64,000 nt of DNA, from contig OX597831.1 in the NCBI GenBank assembly GCA_951406725.2, positions 62,124,001 to 62,188,000 on the forward strand. Reading direction: 5' to 3'. A program made the position numbers and the translations under genes. The notes under the pieces were generated by a model. The model was not told the origin of the DNA. It saw only the letters and a program-made list of their open reading frames with translations, and searched no databases. The first letter of the stretch is position 1; every line of letters starts with the position of its first letter. The stretch is from Octopus vulgaris. Taxonomy: Eukaryota. Of the stretch, positions 51,782 to 64,000 are shown piece by piece.

Positions 51782-54655
51782 GAGGAATTGCAACCGTTTT
51801 TCGTGGTCTGCTACGACAACAGCCCCTTTATAGGATCCAGTTAGCTCAAGACATCATCAGGAGGAACAACGTCCGGTTCCGGCCCCTACTCCTCTACCGT
51901 TTTGACGTGGCGCCCCCCTCCTTTCAGAGGTGTCTTCAGCTCTGGTGTTGGGTGCATGTCTTCTTTCTTCTTTCTGTTTGTTGGGGGTAGAATTGTACAT
52001 CGCTCAGAATCCTTCCTCTCAAGTCCTGGATTCGAAACCTTTTTTCAAGCGTGTATTTTCATCATGGATACGTATCAACACAAAATTTAGAGTGAAACTG
52101 CGTAGATGGATATAATATTCTGAAGCTGTTTACTGGGCTATGACTGTAACTTACTTGTACAGCCTTGTCGCACAGCGTGTCTCGTTATCTTACTTGATAA
52201 TTACATTAATGTGTAGCAAACTCAACGGCTTACATTAGTATTTAATGCGATGGTAATTAACTCCGACCTGCAAACGAATTCTACTTCAAGTGACGGCAAC
52301 CGAACTACACATCACCGTGCCTCATCTGGAATCTCGTTTTCCCATTAGCGTTGCTTGGTTCTCACTTTTATACTTCTCGTTTAATAGCTTGAATACCGGT
52401 GAGGAGCCTCGCAAAATATTATATCGGATATGGCCTGGTTCAGCATGATTGGACGTCAAGTCATATCAGATTGCAATAGTCAGCAAAGCGTACCCTGTTT
52501 CATTATGATAATACTAGAGAGGGGTGGAATGCGTTCATATATTCATCCTTTGTGCACTCGGCATAACATATAAATGGATTTCCGTCAGTATCGACGATGT
52601 GTATTCGGTTGCTTCGTCAACTGAACTACTTGATCTTTGCATTCACTTTTAAGCGGCCGAATTATCTGAGGCATCCTAAAGTATTGAAACATTTTCAATC
52701 GGGTCCAATGCGACAGCAACAGATGATCCAGAGCATTTATCACATCTCAAAAATATTGTGTATTTCAGCAATGGATTTATGTGTTTAATTTCACAGCACA
52801 CACACACAGACGCACATAGATACCCACACAATAGAATGTATGTATATGTATAAATTTATCTATGTATATTCATTTCAATCTCTCTTTGGCTGTCTCTCTC
52901 TCTCTCTCATTTCATATCTCCAGTATATCTGTCTATCTCTCTATTGATGTGTGTGTTTATATACATGTACATATACATACATACATACATACATATATAT
53001 ATTTTTTTTATTTTATCTAGTTTCAGCTCACGAGCTGTAGCCATGCTGGGGCACCGCTGAGAATGTGGGGTAGTACGTATAACCCTGGACACAATAGTAG
53101 CAAGAGTCAGAGGCCATTGTAGCAGCGAAAAGAATAAGTCTCTGCACTAGCAAGGGAGATCACCATCCCACAACGACCGAGATCACTAACCTAGCATGGT
53201 AGTTTCGTTTAGAACACCAGGAGTGACTACTCCATCACTGAGGGTTAAGCTAAATGCCAGCAGGCAGTATATAGTATTTACCATATGTATGAATAGCTAG
53301 CAATCTAGAGGGTGCCCTTGCAGTCACCATTAGTGAAAATTGAGATTTTCCTTTTTGGCTTTATATCGCGCTTAGCCGGCCTCGTTATTATACATATATA
53401 TATATATATGTTGATAGAGCGGGGGGGGTGGGAAGAAAGCGATAGATAGATAGAGAGATAGATAGATGCAAGTATAAATAGATAGAATCATACATGTATA
53501 CGTGAATATAAATATTAGGGTGTTTGTATATATGTATGTCATTTCAATCCGTGTATATTTGTAATTCGAAGCAACGTAATAAGAAAAAAATTGCTTCGGT
53601 GTTTTTGTTATCGTGCTGTAAAACTTTACTTTTACTCATATTATGCAACATTTATTTACAATGCACTATATATACTAATACAACACTTGCTTTCATATTA
53701 TGGGAAACACAATAAAATGATTTGTTAATAAATTACAATTATTGTAAATGTGGAGTTAGAAAAAGCATTGATCATTCTCTGGATAACGCAGTAACAAATT
53801 AATTTTAAATATTTCCCTGTTTTAATAAGGTGTATCGCTCTAATTACCGATAATATAAGTGAAATTAATTAAAGCATCATTTCATTTGCAATAATTCCTT
53901 CAAAATTATCTGTTTACGAGTTAAGAAAATGTGATTAATATAAATTAGAATTAAGTATCCAAATCTTCCAGCTCTAGTAACAGCTTCTATGAATAGGGTT
54001 CCATTAGTTCTCAGATTATGTTCTAATTGTTTATATATTTATAAGGTCGGCCATTTCGGTTCTCTTACTTACTATTTGGTGTTTATTGTTGCTATTATAT
54101 AACCGCTCCACATACTCGAATCAGCAGCTTGAATTTATCTCCAATTATACCCTACCGTCTCAAATGAATTAAACTTACGGTCTGCTATGTAATTCTCGAT
54201 AATGAAAGACAGTGGTAGCGATTTGATAAAATCGTTAGAGGAAATATCTGTGCTCGGAGTATGCTCTGACTCCAAATTCCGTCTAGTTAAAGTTTTCATT
54301 ATTTTCATCCTTTCATAACCGATAAAAAAATCCCGGCCCTGGGGTTACATTTTTGTATCCGTCTCTCATTTTGTCACGTTTGTTCTGACAACAGTGCGTG
54401 AAGCACATGTGACCGAGGCATACGTGTCTTTGTAATAGCCAACGATTACTTCCTGATTTAACAAATAGGAATTCGGTTTCTTTGAATATCGTCATTATTG
54501 CGATCAACAAATAATCCTCTGTGTAAATTCGGCAAAATCACCTAGCATAACAACAGTCTGAATAATGGTCGGTCAAACGCATATGCATGGAAACAAGGAA
54601 AGTTGTTAAAATTCAGCCTATTATACAGGACATGGTTCTGTATGCATGTGCGTCT

Positions 54656-54954
54656 GTGGAGGCACATGGCCTAGTGGTTAGAGCAGTGGACTCGCGGGCG
54701 AGGGATTGCGAGTTCGAATCTCAGACCGGGCGATGTGTGTGTTTATGGGCGAAACACAAGCTCCACGCAGCTTCGGCAGAAGGTAATGGCGAACCTCTGC
54801 TGACTCTTTCGCCACAACTTTCTCTCACTCTTTCCTGTTTCATCTTGCAACTCACCTGCGACGGACCGGCGTCCCGTCCATTGGGGAAACTATACGCCAA
54901 GGAAACCGGGAAACTGGCCCTTATGTGCCAGGTGTGGCTCGAGAAGTAACAAAC
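54656..54954 (+). mobile_element. tRNA-derived SINE, family A, tail type 2, with ~14-bp TSD
   Basis: Head gtggaggcacatggcctagtggttag...gagttcgaatctc and tail ggaaaccgggaaactggccc...tggctcgagaagtaac. TSD atgcatgtgcgtct / atgcatgtccatct. Confidence 0.85.
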
Positions 54955-57147
54955 ATGCATGTCCATCTGAGTATATGTTTGTGGGGCGAATGAGTGTGCG
55001 TGTTTGTGTTATGTGTGTTTGTACGTGTGTGTGTATGGTTTTATAAATAACAGCAACATGATCGTGTTGGATGTATCAAGTTATTAGCTCAGTCTGTTTT
55101 TCTAGGGTTTTCGTTTTTAGCATTTTTTAGTAAAGGGGAACAGTGCATTATTTCTACTGAAGGTGTACAGTAAAGGAGAGAGTAAAATGAAAGAAATGAA
55201 ATATCTAATCCGGAGTTTTTCACTCAAATCTCTGCATTCGGTTTAAAAAGTACAAAGAAAGTTAATGTAACGAGAAAGATCTTGCCTTCGAGTAACTTTT
55301 AAGAAATGGGGATGAAACTGTCTATAATGCTATCGATAAATAACTCTAGTTAATGCTACACTTGAGAAAAGGAAATCTATATTTCCTGGAGATAAAGTTT
55401 TAGGGTTTCGTGATCCATTAGCAGTCTCAAAGTGACTAACCAACATTTTTGTTAGTTTGTATTTATTGCATTTGTGAATGTCAAGTTCAATTCTGGTTGA
55501 GCAATGACAGTTTTATATTAGCTGTAGCAAATTCTGTTCCAACATTTAACACACTAGTGAATTTTATCTATGAGATCATAATTTATCAGGAGGTTTTGTG
55601 TATATATATTGCTCCAAGTACAAAAGTTAGAATTTATTTTATTGTTATTTTATACCATATAACACACAAGAGGTTATTTGAAGGCAACACATTTACTAAA
55701 GTTTGGATATGAATTCCTAGAGATACCAGTTTTGAGAATGAAATGTATACCCAGGAAACAGCAATTTTTCTACAATCTGATTTTCCTGCACATTCGACAT
55801 TTCGTGTATATTCAGCATATCCTGCATTCAATTTTAATAAAGAATACAATGATATTTAGAAATAAAGTGAGAAAATGTATAAATGTCATCTAATGTTGAG
55901 TGTGATTAATCAGTTATTGCAGAAACACGACATTTGTTTTATCAGTTCAAAATAATGATCTGTTCTCTCATCACGTCATCATTACCTTGTGAAATTTCAT
56001 CTTAAAATCAAAATAATCAATTTTATTCCGGAATTTATTGCATTAATTCATTGCAAATTATTATGAATTTTAAATAGTCATTGATGAATGCGCTATGCCA
56101 GCGAGTATGAGAGGCGTTGAATATTTCATAATATTCGAAATATTTTGGAACGTTTATTATAGAAATGTAACATTAATAATTAAGATAAATTCATTCAACG
56201 TTTCACCTTTGTGGGTCTAAAAGCTATCCCTTCCAGGAGTAATCGCAAACAAAACAAGGAATTATATATTAAGCAAAGATCCTCTGATATCAATAGCAGC
56301 TAGCAATAGCTTTGCATAATTCATATAGTTCAAACACATGAGAATTAATAACAATTTAAAATAAATCTATGCAGAACACTTTCATCATTCGAATTTGAGC
56401 ATATTTCTTAATGCATGTAAATGATAATGAATTATTTGTTCAATGTGTGAACCCTGAAATCTAGGCGCTGTATTTTTGAAACTCTGTGATACATTTATAC
56501 TACGAAATTCAATACCTAATACGCTAAGAACCGTATCACTGCCGTTTGGTCTATTGAATATAACCATAAAATTACTTTCACATTCGAATATAACATTTAA
56601 TAAATGAAAACATATGGAAATAAGAGTAAAACAATATAGTTAAGAAAATCAAATAAATATAACTGAAATACGTTTGACAAAGACCTACACGTGGAAGGCC
56701 CGCTTCAAATCAAAAGGCAAAAGAATGTATAAAGTACTGAACAAATAAGGAATACGTATTGATTTACAGGACGGTCCGGTTAATTTATATCGATTCTTCG
56801 GGAACAGCTCAATGAGGTCGTAAACAGTCAACGGCGTTGGAGAGCATAAAGATTAAAGTTGTAGTTCAGAAATAGTTACGTGACATGCTGAAGAGTAAGT
56901 CATTCGAATATAGGAAAACTGTTAACAGAAAGCATGAGGATTTGCGCTAACGTATGGAAATGCCCATATCGTGACTACTGTTCAATATTCTGTGAACACT
57001 GCAAACGCTGTAAGACGTGCTGGACATCTGCAACGGGACACGGCAAGTTTTCTGTTTGCGTCGACATTTTGAACTGGCCTAAGACTCAATCGAAGCAGCT
57101 ATGCGAAGCTGCTGGAGACTATGTTCAAGCTCTGGCTGGAGAGGGTT

Positions 57148-57287
<140 letters not shown>

Positions 57288-57294
57288 AAATATA

Positions 57295-57550
57295 TCATCT
57301 TTTATCTCTCATTGGTTTCAGTAACTGAACTGCGGTTATGCAGGCACACAGCTCTGAAGGATTTGGTGAAACCAATTGAATCCGATATCTATTTAATTTA
57401 CCAGTCTTGCACACATTTTATTAGCTTCTTGAAGCATACTGCTAAGTTACGGCGGCCTAAACAATCGAGTTTCGGTTGTCAAGCGTTAGTAGGGAGATGA
57501 GCATCGAGAGACACACAAACACCCACAAATCCAAACTCACACACACACAC
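57295..57550 (-). mobile_element. SINE family C, degenerate 3' half
   Basis: gtttcagtaactgaactgcggttatgc...gctaagttacgg...tcggttgtcaagcg. Confidence 0.65.
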
Positions 57551-57647
57551 CAGAAACTTCAGCTCTGCATTTAGCAGAACTACTGGCTAAATTATAAAAA
57601 ATTATCTATCTTCTGTTTCTATCTCAGCTGTACAATAACAGCTGGTT

Positions 57648-58000
57648 TTGAATAATTGGTATTTCTTCCATCCTACTGCCAATTGTATAAGACATCGGCG
57701 AAAATTCCACGAAAATGTCCGTTTAAAGAGTAAAGCCAATAAAATAGATATCAAGCCTATCCGATTTCGCCCTCGTAGATTCAGCCACATCTCTCGCTCT
57801 CGGTTAGGGATATGTGGTTCATCGTCCTCTCCAGTCGTATATGCGCCCAAATATTTGGCTGAAATAACGCTGAAAATCCACAGTCGTACAACGTTGCTTG
57901 TACCCTGTGCCGCACACATCTCCAGATCTATCAAAGACAGATTTTATTTTTGACGTGTTGCCCCTTTGCATATTAAACGTATGCCGTTTCCTCGAGATTT
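57648..58000 (+). pseudogene. Possible decayed hAT transposase fragment
   Basis: ORF 57648-57953 contains LLVPCAAH, the hAT CxxH motif context; otherwise weak. Confidence 0.35.
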
Positions 58001-58504
58001 AAGGCTCACGCCAAAGCTCAGGAACGTACACATCGCTTTATTAAAAAGGCAATTTCAATTCCACTGAAAAAAATCAAAAGTTTTGTACCGGTGGTAGAAA
58101 TGATATTAGCAGCTCCTCAGAATCTTTCAAATTGAACGTCATACAAACACAGTAAAGCTCATTTTTTTTTTCAAAGAAAGTTGAAATAATAAAAACACTT
58201 TGAGTGACTTGAAACACGCGGTGCTGACAAAACAACAGAAGAATGTTTTGTCCTAGCGGGACAAGATCAGTCTCCTCATCCGGACCTACCAAGCTAATGT
58301 CACGCACAATGGGGCAAACGCAAAGTCTAGACTTTCCGATCATTAACCTGGGAGCATTGACTTCGTTGTTACCGATTGCTCAATCTTTTCTCCTTCAGGA
58401 TATAATACCAAGCATGATCTAGATAGCCAATACTTGCACTGGTGCATATGCTCTCACTAATATATCCTGCAACCTAATAGCTGGTATCGTCAACATTCAT
58501 TGGG

Positions 58505-58960
58505 GAATCGAATGTTACCATCCTAAGGAATTATGGGATTCATGCAGACAGGCAAATAAATGATAACAGGCCATGCATCGTCATCAAAGACATAAGAGGA
58601 AAATAGACGTGCGTGTTAGTTGACAAGACGGTGCCTACTAATAAAAATATATCAGCAAAAGAATTTGAAACTCTATCAAAATACAAGGACCTTGAGATTG
58701 AGATATATATGACTTGGTAATTGAAAACTAAAACCATCACTGTTGTGAGTGTCCTGGAAATAATCAAGAAAGCTATGAACAAGCTTGTTTACCAGATTCT
58801 TAGGAAACGAACAGTCTACGAAGTTCAAAACATTGCGTAGGAATAAACCACTCAACATGGCAAGAATTTTCTTACTATTTAATATATAGGTGCTGTGGTC
58901 TCTGGCTGAGACCCGGTCGGAAGATGAAATAATATGAAAAAAAATAATAATGGTTATAAT
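58505..58960 (+). mobile_element. 3' end of an R4/Dong-clade LINE (restriction-like endonuclease domain)
   Basis: IHADRQINDNRPCIVIKD...VLVDKTVPTNKNISAKEFETLSKYKDLEIEI...LKTKTI, followed by a TAA-rich tail. Confidence 0.82.
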
Positions 58961-61330
58961 AAGAAAAAATATATGAATAAATAAATAAAGGAAATTATGG
59001 TGTTTTCATTAACGCAGTTGATGTTTTTACCGTTGAAAAAATTTGAAAAGTATTGCCTGAAAGATATAAGTTTACAAGAATGCTAGACAAGTTTGACAGA
59101 TTGTGATTAACGAATTAAAGTTTTAAAAGTTTATGGTTGGTAACAGCAGAATAAATTACTTTTTATGGGGAATTTCCATCGTATATTTTCTTTTAATATT
59201 TATCGTGTTATTGATCAGGGTCGAATAACTGTATATGGGAGAGCGAGAGAGAAAGAGAAAAGGAGATAGAAAGAATGAGAGAGAAAGAAAGAAAGCGACA
59301 GGGAAAGAGAGAGAGAAAGAAAGAGAGAAATAGAGTGATTAAAACGTATATGTCGAGCATAAAATATCTTCTCTCGAGCGAAGTAGATACATTTTCTTTA
59401 CAAAACATCTCGGTATCTCTAAATGCTTATTTAACGTCCATGAAAGTTTCAATTATTTGCTAAGATATGTATTAATTTTTTTAGCAGTTTAATACACCAA
59501 CATATTTTAAATGTGGTCACTACACTCTACGAATAAAATGCATGAGGATATAGCATTAATATGTTATAGTCTGAAGATAATTTAATAAGTATTTTACCAC
59601 CTGTTGCTTTATCCGTTGTAATATGTTATAACTTAAACGTGACATTTGGAGTCAACTAAAAGAAGTCGATTCTACATTTCAACTTCCCTAAATAACTCAC
59701 CATCAATTAGTCATGAAGTTTCTTTGGATTGAATAAAGTATGCAACCGCAAACGTTCTTCTACATGACCTGGGGCTAGATAACCAGAATAATTTTCGAAA
59801 CTGAAAATTACATTTTAAACCATTAAAAGGTTTCTAAATTACTAAAATTTAACACATTAACAAATATGTTTAAATCTTTAATTTCATTACGATAGGGGAA
59901 CAAATATTTTGCGATAATTATATGCTTTTATAAGGCTATTTAGTTGGAAAGCTGACTATTGGGTCATATATATTTGGCTCTATTTCGTTGTATTTCTTTC
60001 ATTTATTTCCTTTTGTTCATCAGTAAAACTTGAAGTGTTTCTTTTACAAACAACACTAAAGTTTTTACAATGTTTACGTTTAACATCTATTTTATACGTA
60101 TGTGTAAATTTCAATTTAAATCAATTACTGAATAAAATTAACTATCTTTCAGCTGAAGCAAAATATCTAATTGACGCCACTCATCTGAGTCACTACTAAA
60201 GGACAAAATTGTTACTTAATATCTGTTTAAGACCAGTAGAGATCATCCCACTTCTATCTGAATCTCTACACGGTGTAAAACAACGGGCGGTTTGTACCAA
60301 ACTACACTATGCCGTCTTCAGCAATTAAAAGACAGATAATTAAATCCTTCATACCACTTAAGAGATGTGTCAGAAACGTCCGCATTGCTTACTTTTTTCA
60401 CGAATGCTCTGTTTAGTTTGACCTAAGGTTGCACACACTGCTAACAACTGCTGCATAAGCATTATATATTTTTTGGCACTTACGTGTACGATCACTTGAG
60501 AGAATAGCAGAGCCGACTGAAGACGAATTATAGACCTAACATTTGCCAGTTCTATTATTAGTTTCTGCAACTGGCTACTATTCTTGTAAGAATTTATATT
60601 GTTCAGTACATTCCATCAATTTTGTTAATCCTTTCTCATGATGCCTGTGTGGTCTAAGTACGAAACGAATAATATCTTATTAGTATCAATTCTTTAGTTG
60701 ACGACGTTCACGGAACTATTTGTTCAATGTTACCAATCTAGGTGAATTGAAGATGGACCATTTATTAATGAAGTTCATTTTCCTTCATTTATTCATTTTT
60801 ATAGTTATATACTCTTTGCAAGACGAGAATAAAATATTCAAACTTCACGAAATCAAAGTCAAGGATTAGTGGACAATAAGGAGCCAGCTTTCCAGCGTGA
60901 CGGACAATGCGGTTTAAGCATCTAATATGAACAAAGGGTAATAATGCTTATCTTTCGTCAGCTGATAACTTAGACAAAACAGAATACATGATGTACAATC
61001 AGAGCGACAGTCGATGAAGTGGAAAACTGATTTACTGAAATCGCATCACGAAACATGCGAATGGAATATTCTTACCGTATTCTTAACACAAGTTTTCAAG
61101 TAGGATTAATGTGACACAGTTAGAAAAGCCTGGATGTTTCATTTACTTGTACCATCTATACTATGGGCTTATGCATAATAAAGGCCCTTTGAAACGTCTC
61201 GAGGAGGTATCCTGAAGCTATAGTAAACGCACTTGCCTGAGATAACATGCTGTGGTGCTGAGGATGAGAGCACATGTTTGATAAGAGAATATCTTCACAA
61301 GCGCATTTAGGCGCACTGACGCAAATACAT

Positions 61331-61366
<36 letters not shown>

Positions 61367-61373
61367 ACCTATA

Positions 61374-62527
<1,154 letters not shown>

Positions 62528-62583
62528 TATATAGGAGCACAGACGCAAATACATCTCTCTCTCTCCCTCTCGCTCTCCCTCCA

Positions 62584-62617
<34 letters not shown>

Positions 62618-63323
62618 AACATAATTAGCTTATTCACATGAACATTAGGTTAATAAAAATATGCTTATGCATATACTAACTTTCTGACAAAAACTGAGAA
62701 AGGCTAAAGCACTAAAGATGTCTCCTTGGGAATCCGTTAGCGGAATGCACTGGTCAGATATTGCAAATATTACCGCAATAAAGAATTTATAACTACGGTA
62801 ATTGTAGTGCATTAACGTTAAGAGGTTAGAATAGGTCACAGACTTATTTTAACTCACCTAAACCTCATTTAATCTTCATCAGTGCTTGTCGCATATGTGT
62901 GTGCGTATGAGTGTGTGTGTGTGTGTTTGTGTGAGTGTGTGTGTACTTGTACGTGTGCGTGTATGGATATTTGTCTATACATGTTTTCAAATAATTTATT
63001 CGAAAAATTTTTTTGTGGGGACATTTTATCCGAGTGGGAACCAGTTTTGCGCTATTATCGATTGATAATTCAGGTTAACGTTTCTGTGCTTATGTACTAA
63101 TGTTTGTCGTTAATTACTTTGATCATTCTTAGTACTTTTCACTTCCGAAAATCCAATTCTCCCTACAAAGACTTCATTTTTTCGATATAGGAAAAATAAT
63201 TAATTCTTCAAGGAAAACAGAGTATACACATAGATATTCACTTTTTAATTATTGTGCAGTCAATGTGACTACACAATGATTAAAAAGTGAATATCTATGT
63301 GTATTCTCTGTTTTCTTTAAACT

Positions 63324-63369
<46 letters not shown>

Positions 63370-63370
<1 letters not shown>

Positions 63371-64000
63371 TAGCAGAGATACCCAGCGTTGCCCGGTTAC
63401 ATTCAATAGAAGAATTAGACTTTTCTGTTATATATATATATATGGATACACACACATACACACACACACAAATATATGTATGTTAATATAAATACATGAA
63501 AGTACATGAAGTTTGTTAAAAAAGGGGATCATGTATATACCTCCTGGCTGTTGAGATTATAACACCTCGTTGTAATCAATGTTCCTTGTTTTTCCTTGTG
63601 GAGCATATACAAAAAGGTTTCTTTTGGTTCCTACTCTTGAGCAGCCAACATACAGTTGCCTATGCGAGAAGCAGGGATCTTCAGAGAAGACCAGCTACAG
63701 AGAGGGTTTGGCCCTGAGATTTGTTAATGGACATGGCAAAGCTGACACGAAGGAGGAATTGCAGTCTTCTGAATGTAAAGGGAATTTCTGCTCCTGATGG
63801 AGTAAGAGGAAATCTTGGAATAAAGACGTCATCACCTTTTCCACATCCAGAAGAATGATCGCCTCGATAACGTGTAATATCATTTTCTTTATCACCAGTC
63901 GTGCTACATTGCAAAGTCTTGGTGGTTCCAGATTGCGGAGTAGCATTACAGGAGTTCCAACTTTAAGTGGTAATATGTGTGGAGGTAGTCGAGGAGGGCT
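63370..64000 (-). mobile_element. 3' end of a Helitron with decayed PIF1-like helicase C-terminus (63557-64000)
   Basis: [35 protein letters not shown]...FRRLQF...[14 protein letters not shown] and FSHRQLYVGCSRV...KTRNIDYNEVL*, with frameshifts. The terminus is a hairpin (ccgggcaacgctgg) followed by CTAG at 63370. Confidence 0.9.

Overview
AT-rich eukaryotic intergenic or intronic DNA. The SINE families and dense (TA)n/(CA)n/(AAT)n microsatellites suggest a cephalopod, probably Octopus (inference). I found no intact host protein-coding gene, and most supplied ORFs are microsatellite or repeat artefacts. The window is a mosaic of tRNA-derived SINEs, decayed transposons (two or three hAT, two Tc1/mariner, Helitrons, R4/Dong LINE pieces, a CR1/L2-group 3' end, a Merlin-like MITE) and a gag-only LINE derivative. 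The main finding is at 6003-8607: a near-identical ~485-bp tandem array inside a (TA)n tract. Each unit carries a complete type I hammerhead ribozyme (HHR) with an unusually long stem II, plus other hairpins that pair through G-U wobbles on the same strand, and the array ends in a fold-back inversion. This matches a non-LTR retrozyme (self-cleaving, circRNA-based retroelement). At least five more minimal HHRs occur in unrelated repeats, one with a compensatory G3-C8 core, and several of these repeats also show inversions. A tRNA-SINE at 1327-1699 is flanked by a ~305-bp direct duplication. All alignments and folds were done by eye; coordinates of decayed elements are approximate.
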